Shown here piece after piece: positions 25,316 through 36,622 of a stretch of DNA of 64,000 nucleotides. The DNA comes from Phallusia mammillata. Taxonomy: Eukaryota. Under the pieces are notes generated by a model. The model did not search any database. It was given only the letters and a program-made list of their open reading frames with translations, and was not told the origin of the DNA. The stretch lies in NCBI GenBank assembly GCA_965637545.1, contig OZ281494.1, positions 5,332,001 through 5,396,000 of the forward strand. Direction: 5' to 3'. The position numbers were made by a program, and so were the translations under genes. Position 1 is the stretch's first letter. Each line of letters starts with the position of its first letter.

Positions 25316-26444
25316 TGTTGCAATTGTATTTTGATTTATTTAAACACACTTTATGCACGAACCGAGACTGAACAAAATTCCACTCTAATTGCATTTATAA
25401 GTGGGCTTACTTAAAGAGGGGGAAAGAAGTGGGAAAATTGGGCTGTGCGCCATTTGTTCTGCCCCTCCTTTCAGGTTTAAACAAGCAAAAATGAAAAAAA
25501 CATCATCTATGCTCGGTAAACAGCAACACTATCTTTCAAGTTTAAACAAGCAACAATATAAATTCATGCAATATAGTCGATTTTAATTCTAAGCAGTTGT
25601 TTTGAACGAGACCTCTAAAACATCTATCGGCCTTGAAATGGTGCATCGGCTGGAACCACGAGAGTTTAAAAGACAATTAGGCCTACAACCCATAATAAGC
25701 GCACAATCGCGTAAAAAATCCTTGCAAAAATTGTAAAAGTCGTGTTAATGCATTGCAAAATAGCATTATAAGAACAGCGCCTCTAGATTCTACAATAAAA
25801 ATTAGAATAGCTCGTTTTACTTGTGTAAATAGTATCGTTCAGTTTCGATTCCAACCAGCTTTTTTGTCCATGAGCTAACATCTGCAATTAGTTTATAATT
25901 TCACAAGTTTTCAATTTCATAGATATTTTTATAACGGACAACCACTTTACAGACAGCTTGTTCTCATAAACAACCACCACACCATGACAAATCAGATTCT
26001 TCTATTAAAATACTCTAAGAGCACTGACAGGGCATAGACAGTAAGGAATTGCATGTTGTCACGCAAGACACACAGCTAAATATCATTCCACACAACTCAA
26101 TGTATTTTTGATCTAGCGGTGTAATTTGAACGGAACAAGTTTAGTATTTCGTGCGTTGTGGCCGGATGCAACGTACGTTCATAGCTAAAATATGTTTTTA
26201 CTGCGAAGGTACAAGAGGCTCGTCCTCATGGTTCCATAGAAAAGCATGTGACTAAGAGCTGACATCATGTTGGTAACCTACGTTACGATTTTGATACGAA
26301 GCCAACCCGTATTTGTTTTAATTGAGTAAAAAGGCGTAGTGTTCTATAATGTCTTTGTTAAGAACTCATCTGCAAAGCGACCAATATTTCCCACAGGGGC
26401 AACATATAATAATGTTGATTCTTAACACACTGGCATCTAAAATT

Positions 26445-27080
26445 GACGCCTCTTCTTGGTTTAGTGCATTGGTTGCACCTGTTATGTTTTTCTCCGCCTT
26501 TTGAAAGACAACTGTTTCAATCTGCTGTGTTTACCGTGATACGTTTTTGCCATTTATTCTTCCAACACCAAATTATGGCCCCTAGGTTGACACAGAGCAT
26601 TAATAAAGAGCTTTTTCGTTGCACACAATGGTAATTGTATTTTGCAAAGTCTCAACGTAAAGTTTTGTAAGCCAACATTGGTTTTAGAAAACCAATTCGC
26701 ATTTGTCCTCGCCGTTTTTTTTATTGGAGTGAGCCTGAACATGCCCATTTAATGTCTTTTTAACAATATTTAGCCGCCTCTTCCTGGCTTACTACATTGG
26801 TTGCAACTTCTATGTTTTTCTGCGCTTTTTGAAATGCATCTCCTGTTTTTGCCCGGCATGTTTTTGCCGCTGTTTTATTCATTCTTTCAGGGCCAACATT
26901 AAGACCTTGACATAGGCTTCGGTACAGGTTTTTCTTTACACATAATGGTAATTCTATGATGCAAAATCTTAACGTAAAGCTTTGTAAGCCCACTTTAACG
27001 AGAGGATGAAACCATTTGGCATTTATCCTTGCTATGCATTGATTTAAATGAGCCTGAATATGTCACATTAATGACTTTTT
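26445..27080. repeat. Two diverged tandem copies of a ~325-bp unit; fragments recur at ~45840-45980 and ~55250-55460
   Basis: Shared strings such as gcctcttc(t/c)tgg...cattggttgca and atggtaatt...aacgtaaag(t/c)tttgtaagcc...gagcctgaa(c/t)atg recur with ~325-bp spacing. Confidence 0.6.
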
Positions 27081-27854
27081 AAATAATAGCTAATGACTGA
27101 TTTTGAGTCCTATTGTTTCACTTTGGTTATTTAAATTATTGGTTATTTTGTACGTACTTTGCTTAAGTTTGTCAAGATAAAACAAGCACGATTGGCACAT
27201 GGACGCGAAGAAAGCTTTAAGCCATTTAAGGTAATATCACCTTTTTTGCTTAAAAGATTTTATATTAATCGTAAAAACTGTATCTTAGCGAGGCGCTCTA
27301 TACACAACATCGATAAAAAAAAGTTAGGCGCATGAGCGTTCCTGTACAAAATGATTTAAACTTTTATTTTATATATTGATCCTATGTCGAGCATACCGAA
27401 AAAAACTGGAATTACTCAAGTTCCCTGGATGGAAGCAACCATGGGAAGTAGTTAAGTACAATTAAATCTTAATTGGTCGCCTATAGCATAGCTTGGTAAC
27501 AGCCTAATCGATTTAATGGACAGGAGATATTCCTTTGAAAAAAAAATTGCTGCGCCGTTCGGTTTGTTTCAAAGCGGAACAAAAAATAGAATTAGGCTTA
27601 ACATAAGTTAAATTCACAGAAAATCTTTTGTTGCTTATTATGAGTTACTTAATTGTATTTTGTCGGTGTTCAGCAAGACAAAAGTGATTAGTACAATGAA
27701 AAAAGAAACAATGCAAAAAGTAATGAACTTTTCATACTGACTCGCGGGCACAAATAACAGGCTGATAAACAAAAACTGACGAAACTCAAAACTATTACAT
27801 GTAGGACTACTCATTCTGTTGTAAACCAGCTACGAGATAATAGCTGTCCGACTC

Positions 27855-30800
27855 TCAGACCTTTGTGGTTCTCGAGTTTCCCGTAACCTGAGGATGGCCT
27901 TCACTGGATGCAATTAACGTTGAATTCTTCGGTGTAGACCAACCGACACGTTCCCTTAACTTCTTTACATTTGAGTAGATGGTCTGTGGAAGGTTAGTGT
28001 AGATTATCGGGTTAAGTGAGCTGTTGATGGGAAGAAGGACGATCGCTGAAACTGCGTAAGAGTCGGGAGTCAAAATGTGACCTGACATGCTCATGAAAGT
28101 CATGATGCAAATCGGCAGCCAACAACAGAAGTCGGTTGCTATAAGAACCGTGATTTTCTTCTGCATGCTGTGGATCTGATGGTTTTTTGCTTTCACCAAG
28201 CCTCCCCTGCGGGATTTCATGTAAATCATCACATACGCGGCGGCGATGTAAAAAAGCGCGACGAAGTTAAATGTAATCACGATTGATGACATCACATTGA
28301 CGTTTGATTCCTCTTTGCTGATGCGGAACAGGCGAGGAATGCAAACACTACTGCTGCTGTAATAACCGAAATAGTTGTTCCACGTGGGCGCCACAGAGCT
28401 GTGACTCGACTTCAAAAAGTCAGCAAGGTCAACCCAGTCATATGACGTCACTTGTGGTTGAGCTTTGTTTTGAAGGGCACCGATGCGTAACGCGAACTGC
28501 CTGACGTCAGCGAGTGGGACTTGATCGGTGTGAAAATAAGGACTTGGCGTAATTTGAGCGCTTGTGATCATATCGGATGAGAGGAAGCGGGCGAGTGGAA
28601 GCAAAGCGATGAGAAAGGAAATGAGCCAGATGATGCAGATCCACATCATAACGATTCGTGCTCTGACGCTGCGCGAGTTGAAGGGATTGAAGACGCTGTA
28701 GAGTCGATATGAAGTGATACAAACTAGGGTAAGGACCGATGTTTCACTTGAAACTACAGTTAACGCACCAATAGCGTTGCACAAGTCGCTTGATCTCCAT
28801 ACTTTGTCAAACAGACAGTAGATGCCTGAAAACTCAACCGCTTTAATCCCGATTACGAGTAAAACGATTCCCATCAGCAAATCCGACACTGCAAGATTAA
28901 ATATCAATACACGATTTATCAATCCCAGTTTAACGCGTGTTTTGTCGCTTGTCAACCGATGAAAGTAAAGCCCAGTTTTTACCATGACAGTCAGGTTCCC
29001 AAACAACGCGAAGACAGCCATGAACCAGACGAGAATCTCAAGGGCCCTGAGTTTTATCATTTGTTCGTTGGATGCAAGTGCGTCGTTTTGCAGGTAGTTT
29101 GGAGGACATTCGTCCGATGAATCGCTGCAGTCAGAAACACCGTCGAGGACTTTGGTCGTTGGAACAAAGAGAGGTTTCTTGTTGCCGCAGTAGAAGTGTG
29201 AGGTGGTCGAGCAGTTCACTTCATCAGTCGAGTTTACACAGTCGGACACGAGGTCGCAGGTTTTTTCCACCGGAATGCTGATGCGATCGCGAAAACCTGC
29301 AAGTGATGTAGCTTAATAAATGAAAACAAAGCAATAAATAACTTTGATTTTTTTATTAAATTCCCCATAAATAACAATTCTGTTTGCAAACTAAAATGTC
29401 TTTACACCTGCAATCTTTTTCAATGTGTGACTTTCGAAACTGCTAACAACAGGGTGTGAAAGGAAATGTAAAGTTTTTTGAGGCATTTGAATTTTAAATT
29501 GTTTTTAAGTTCGTGTATTGTTCCTAAGTTTTTGAGTCATGCTTACGCAAAAAACTCATAAATGTAATTAGTAAAAACTCTGTAGACTATGTTATGAAAA
29601 ATCAAAAACAACACTCACTATCGGGAAACCGTCAATAAATCTTTGTAAATTGTTTTAACATACAATTATTTAAAAAAAAAAATTATTGTTACAAAACTAT
29701 TACTTAACACCTTTACGACTTTTGTGATTGGCAATTATTACCTTGAATTACTGTGTTGACTTTGCCTGCCGAGCATTTGAACTGGTTGGGGCAATTTGTT
29801 TCATCGAAGCGTTCTTCACATTCATCAATTCCATTGCAGACCGATTTGCCGAGGACAAGTCCGAACAACTGACTGCATTTCCTTAATTTTATTTGGATTT
29901 CTTGACCATCAAGCAAACTAGCTGGGATAGGAAACTAAAAAATGTAACACTGTTAATTAAACTACTAAACAACAGGTCTGCAAGTCGTGCTCCGTTGAAT
30001 GAAGCCGGTATTTTAGGCGTTTAACCGATGCTTTTGGGTCGAACTACTAACACAGGAACTCACAAGACGCCGGTTTGGAAAGTTCCGGTACGTAGCGCTA
30101 AAGAGCATATGCGCAGGCCTAGCTTCCAGGCAATTTGTAAATTGCTGACTCATGCAATTATTGTCACCGTAAACGCCTATGCTCCGTTGCGATAACTACC
30201 AGAAATTCACAAACCGGTGTGTAGTAAGTTCCTGTGTTAGTAGCTCTACCATGCTTTTGCCGCTTTATAGGATCTTTGTATTTCGAGATATACCATTATC
30301 CGAATAAAGGCGTATCGTAGTCATAACGTCGGCTTTTTAATAAAACTGTTGGATAAGCAACACTCGTTTACACATTATGGTTGTCAGCAACGACTTATTA
30401 ATATATAATAATCTTGCATCAAATTTGTAGTAGATTTTAAGTTAAATGCAGGACATACGTTTCAAGCTAATGGCTATTCGGTGACATAATAGATAGAAAT
30501 AGACAAACCAATCCAAAAACGACAGCACAACTTATATCAGCGGCCTCAGTTTCAGAAGTGAAAATTTTTATGTCTTTTTTAACCTACTCCAGCAATTTCA
30601 ATTTGGTCGCACACTGGAAGTCGGTTGCTGCAGTTTGCTCTTTCGCTGCATTCGTCCTCAAACACAGAACATTCAACAATACCATCACACCTGCAAAGTA
30701 CAAACAAGTTTTTCAATAGCATTTTTGTTTTGTTGTGACTGGTTTATAAGTTCTTGGTAATGTTTTTTTTTTTAGAAAGAGTTATTTAGGCACCAAATTG

Positions 30801-33800
30801 TTTGCATTTAGGTGCAACATAAAGGTTTGTAATACTGTACGCCAAAAGTTGCTTCTTCCCAAATCCAGTTTTTGGCTAAAGTGTTTTCATATTAGCTTTT
30901 TTAACCTACTTTTTTGCTTCTACTGGAAGCAACGAGTCAACCAGATCTTTATTCAGAAGCGTTGAAGCAATAGTTCGTACTTCAGAAGTAATAATGTTGC
31001 ATTGGAAATCTGGAATCTTTCTGATGCTGCTCTGAATGGTTTGTCTGCCGCAGTTTGTTTCGTCAAGCTTCGAGATTGGACAATCCACTTTTCTATCACA
31101 AACCTGCGACTTGGAAATACAAACGTTCTCAGAACCGCATTTAACTTGTCCTTGACTACAGAAAGCGCAGGGTTCGCTTCCAGGGACTCCGTAGCAAACA
31201 TTATCACACAGAAATCTCGACGGAGCCGACGCTGGGACACTTTGCGCGCAAAGGCATTCGTCTGTGAGATCGGGGCAGTCAAAAATTCCGTCACACAACT
31301 GCTTAGGTGATATGATGATGTCAGAATACAGACAGCGGTGACAAGTGAAAGTTCCGTTTACGAAACATAAGTCCGATGAGTCATGGCAGTTTGGATATTC
31401 GTCCGTTAACGACCATTGTGGAATTACGCAGTATTCAAGGCGATTGTCAAGCCCTGCGATCAGTTTGTTACATTTGAAACCGGTAACTTGTCGCACGTCC
31501 TCGGTACTTCCTGGGCAGTCTGAGTATTCATCACACGAATAGGTTCGGAGAACGCAAGTGCCAGGATCATTAGGGCATCGAATCATTCTTGGCTCGTTGC
31601 AGCTCTCAATCTCGTCGCTACAGTCACCGCAGTGATCCATGCCGTCGCACAACAAGGGCTTGGGAATGCATCGCTTGCTGTTGTTGCAACGGAACTCTCC
31701 ATCCATGCAAGTGCCGTTCACTGTCCACGGAACTTCGTCACTTCCGTCCTTGCAGTTCACGAATGTGTTGCCTCGCCACGAGCGTGGAATGCAACGACCG
31801 TTGTCGAGGCATTGGAACTCTTTGTCTGGAATGCATTTGAGAGCTTGCTTTTCATCAGAAGCATCGGGACAATCGTTAAATCCATCTAATACTCGATATC
31901 TTGCCACACATCTCCCATTTGTCTGGCATCGAAACTCAGTGTCATTATGACAACTTGTCAACATGTCAACTTCATCCCGTCCATTTGTGCAGTCATTTAC
32001 GCCGTCTAGAACCCATTCTCTGGGAATACATTGTAAGGGAATTGTGTTATTATTGGAACAGGGAAATTCCGTGAGATCACACGAGGCAAGACTCATTTCT
32101 TCGTCACTTCCGTCCTTCACCACCATCGTGTCACAGTCACGCTTTCCGTTTTGCACCATCCAACGTGGAATACAAATCCTGCTTCGCTTGCATGTGAACT
32201 CTGCAAAAAAACTAAAGCTTCACAAATTGCTAATGAAGCAAGAATCTCAAACCATCCCCGGTTTGGTTTCCACTTGCTCCTAATACTAGTATTTTGAAGC
32301 AAGTTTAGTCTGCAATAAAATGCCGGAATGTTCTGCTCCAACTTTACCTGAGTTATTCCTGCATGGTAGAACCAGACTCTCATTTAGTTTGCAGCTTTGT
32401 AGTGTGTTGAGTAGATGCCGAGGTACACACTTTTGTGAGAAGCGGCAGACGAATTCATCGTCGTTGCATTTGAGAGGATCTGTATGTAAACAGGGATGTT
32501 GATTGGCATGGTTTGTCTCGCTTAAATTGGCGGTATTACGACTAGCTATTGATTTGTTAGTGTTTTGAGATGAGAAGTGATTACGTTTGCAAATCAGTTA
32601 AAGCAAAACCCTAACTTAAGAACCTCGACTTATGACTCACAATTTGGTCGCACCATAAGTTCTTTTGTAATGACGATGTGACACCAAGTTTGGTTATTAG
32701 TAGGGCGATTATTTTTTGACTTGTCAAAAAAGTCAAAAATTTGTCAAAATTTTCAGAATAGGTCAAAAATTGTCAAAATTGTTCACAAAGTCAAAAATGT
32801 TCACAAAGTCAAAATAGTTTACAAACTGCATTGTCGTGGTGTTCTAAAGGTTGCACTGTCAGTGACCTGTGTATTTTACAAATGTAGCCTATTTTATACT
32901 TTTGTAAATGGTTTATTATCTACTTATGGAGAATCATAAACCATCAAGTGAGTGAAATAATTAGATTGATATGATGGCATGCTTAACACACGTCAAAATG
33001 TGCAATATTTTGGTAGTTTCCAAGTCATTTTACGGCAGCTGCAGGTGAGGCTCTTGCTTCGGTTTAACTTTAGATACGTCAGTTATCTTTCGTTTAGACC
33101 AGCGGTTCCCAAACTTTTCTAAAAATTTTGCCGGGTGGACCCTTTGCAATTATTTTGATATTTCGCGGCCCTACAAAAATCAAAGAATGCCATAGGAAAA
33201 ATGCAAAATCATTGTTTCTTATAGTACACTAGTTCAGTCACGATTCTTTTTAATGTAACAACTTTCTCACTCAGTGTTTTTCAAACTTTTTCATTGTTTT
33301 TTTAAAACGTCACTTTGTCATTATATCGAGGACTCGCGGACCTTAAGCCTGAAGGTGTATTTTAGCAATACGAAAGTTTATTTACAGAATTTTAGCTGAT
33401 TGGGTATGCAAAATTACACATAACAACGATCTAAAGACGGTTTGTGACATCACATACAAGACAGAAAATATTACGATAGTGCACAAACGATTGCATTCTT
33501 GATAGTGGTCATGCAATAAAGGCTATCTATTGTATAGTAATGGAGGCAGTGGATCTCTACTTGTACTTTGATTTAAACCTATTCAGTGACACAAATTGAA
33601 GCCAAATAAGACTATAGAGGCACGTCAACCTTTTCGCGGACCCCGCAAAATTGCTTCACGGACCCATGAAGGTCCACGGACCCCAGTTTGGGAACCGCTG
33701 GTTTAGACAAAGGTATTGAACTATTTTCGTTGTGTCTTGGCTGCAGTTTTTTGGCCGTGATTGTAATTAGCTCAATTCCCTTTTCAGAATAGGCCAGGTC

Positions 33801-34296
33801 TGTGTTCAAATTTTTGCTCTTCTGTTAGACATTTGCACATTCTTTCGCATTAGCCTACAGCCATATTTCAACTTTTTGTACAATAATGCGTAATTTAACT
33901 ACTTGAATTCTACATAGGTCAAAATTTTGTCAAAAAAAAGTTTTTTAAAGTCAAAATTTGTCAAAATTTTTAATTTGTAGGTCAAAATTTTTCTTTTTTT
34001 CGTTCAAAAAATAATCGCCCCAGTTATTACATATCTTGTGTTATAATTTTTATCATTATTTTCTAATTCTACTTATTTGAGTTTGCTTTTCAATTGTAAT
34101 GCATACAAATTTGTGAAACTTATGACATTACCCATTAAAACAACTTACGAACCCGAATACTCATCCGTATTATCTCCTCTTCGACAGTCAACTTCATAGT
34201 TGTGAACCTTGTACCTCGGTATGCAAATCCTGGATCGAATACATCGATGGTAACCGTCCTCTTCTCGGCAAAGTGATGTTCCTGGTGCTCCGCGAA
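27855..34296 (-). CDS. LDLa-repeat GPCR D (intact; start exon not identified)
   Basis: Exons 34153-34296, 32348-32479, 30910-32200, 30588-30690, 29742-29934, 27855-29296. All GT-AG, phase-matched and open; same exon architecture as gene A. Confidence 0.88.
30037..30250. mobile_element. Mutator(MULE)-like MITE, 214 bp, intron of gene D
   Basis: TIRs ggtcgaactactaacacaggaact / agttcctgtgttagtagctctacc (17-bp perfect core). Perfect 9-bp TSD atgcttttg at 30028-30036 and 30251-30259. Absent from the equivalent intron of E (~39520). Confidence 0.8.
32701..34022. mobile_element. hAT-like non-autonomous element (1322 bp) in an intron of gene D
   Basis: TIRs tagggcgattattttttga / tcaaaaaataatcgcccca. 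8-bp TSD gttattag (32693-32700) / gttattac (34023-34030). Subterminal gtcaaaa arrays at both ends. Confidence 0.72.
33100..33700. mobile_element. hAT/Charlie-type MITE (601 bp) nested in the previous element
   Basis: Perfect 16-bp TIR cagcggttcccaaact / agtttgggaaccgctg. Perfect 8-bp TSD gtttagac (33092-33099, 33701-33708). ggaccc subterminal motifs. Confidence 0.9.
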
Positions 34297-36622
34297 CTGC
34301 AACGAAAAGATTGTTGAGTTTTGCGATGCCAAATATGCTTGTTTCCCTAATTCAGGACAGTTCCATTAAGCCCACAATGCTATTTTGTGATAAACTTGAC
34401 CCGAATCGGACTAAGTGGGTGCAAGTATTGTGACAGGACAGTGCAGAAACGATAAACTATTTTTTGCAGTAAAATTCGAAATCAAACTATTCATGGTTCA
34501 GTTTTTGAAGGTTGTAATTTTTTCTTAAAACCGATTTTTGTACATATGTGGGCACAGAGACTGTAGGTAAATAGTTTTTGTGTTCTTGTAGTCTGGGATA
34601 GGACGAAGTTGAACTAAAATATATTTTCATAACAGTCCAGAGTATCTTCACATAATTATTAGTAATTTCACATACCCTATATTTAACCAACAGTAGGCTA
34701 AAGTGCATGTCATGAACAACATAAAGTCATTGGTTTGGTTGGCTAGTGTAGCTATAAACACAGTTCATAAGCCGTTTTTATGGCTTTGTAGCATTCCCAA
34801 ACTAAACGGACGAAGAGTCTGAATTTACTGAAAAATCTCGCCTTACTACTTTGCATTAGCTATCTGTTGTTGCATGTTCTGTGTTAACTTAAGTTTAGTG
34901 CAGCTGGTATGCAAAACACTTTGATAACCTCCTGTTTAACTTACGGCATCCGGTTAAAGCTATTCATCATGCTGCTAACACAACAGAAACGGGCAAGTTG
35001 CGTCATACTCGGGATATTTTCTGACGTTATTATGCGTTACTTTACGATAATAATGGTGTTGTAAAACCTTTGGTTGAAATAGTTTTTTTTGGTTTTAGCT
35101 TATTTAAACATCAGTGATAAAAATAGTTTCCGAACCCTGTACTACACAGTCACATGATATTGGAATGAACTTGCGTATGAATAATTTTGTTTCTATCAAA
35201 TAAGCTTAATTGTGCTTTTTTGAATAAATAAGTTGAGTTGCATTTGGCACAAGAAGAAACTTAATAATCAATGGTGACGTGGCACTTAACAAGTACACGC
35301 CAAAATACAACAAAAGAGCTTTTTGGGGAAAATGTTAACGTCATATTCCTTATAATGTAAAACATTATTAGGAAATATATTGATTAGATTATTTGCTTAT
35401 TAGTTAAAAACATTTTCACCTACCTTGTCTAAACCAAATCCACAGAAGGAAAAGCAATATTCCAATTTTAGGCATAGTCTTAACACAAACAGAACCAAGT
35501 GTTACTGTGTTTATGAATAAAACATAAAAAAATATTAAAATAACTTCCGACAACCGCTTCTTAAATAAAACTTATACTTTCAATTTTAAAGGCTGTGCTA
35601 GTTCTGTAAAATCCGTTACTAATTCTATTGTTAAATTTTGCTGTTTTGATTTAAATTTTTGCTTCTATCCGTAAAGTAAACAATAGAAAACTTTCAGTTT
35701 CCGGATAGTCTTCGGATCTTTTTTCTACATAACTCTAATTCCCTGGTAAATTTAACATTGAATCTCGATAACCAATTTTGGTTCTGAGGCTTGATGCATT
35801 GAAAAGTTGGCAACAAAAACTATGCAGCGTCTAAACCAAAATATCTAAAGATAACACGCAGAGACGTAACTTCCTCGAAAACGTGAAACGTTATTTGACT
35901 ACGATGACGTGTTTGTCACGGGGCTTGTGATACACAACTGTGTATATTGTTGTTTTGTTATAGATTTCCTTGACTCTTGGACGCTTAATTATCACAACAC
36001 TATCTCAAACCAAAACAGCACTTGTTTTTGCCTCTTTTTCGCACAAGCTATGGTCAAAATTTAAGTTCAGTGTTACTGCGTTCAAAACATATCAAGTGGT
36101 TTACTTTACGTGAGGACATATTCTGAACCGTCCTTATTTTTACTGTTATTTTCTAAAAGTTTTGTGAATCGACTTCAAAGGTGTGAAACTTATTAGCATT
36201 TGTCCTCACGTTTTTTTTTTATTGTGCCTTAGAATGCCCATAGCCTTTTAAAAAAATATTTAATGGCCGATTTGGAGATCATTGGTTCTCATTGGTTATT
36301 TAAATTATTGTTTAGTTTGTACCTACACTGCTCAAGTTTGTCAAGATAAAAAATCGTCTGCTATTGCAAAGATCTGAAGAAATCTGTATGTTAATGAGGC
36401 GCTCTATACACAACATGTACATAACACAGTAAGGCGCAAAGCGGTTTCTATGCAAAATGATTAGGAGTTTTCGACAATACGATCCTATGGTACACCGAGA
36501 AAAACTCAAATCTCACAAGTAGCCTTGATGGAAAAAACAATCGAAAGTAGTTAAGTAACTATTTGGTGTAGGACAGTTTATTCTGTTTTAAATCATCAAC
36601 GTGATATATAGTTGCCGAAATC

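Noticed and set aside
32720-32820. Short repeated gtcaaaa motifs as a CRISPR array or satellite
   Set aside because: There is no repeat-spacer periodicity, the context is eukaryotic, and they are subterminal repeats of the hAT-like element.
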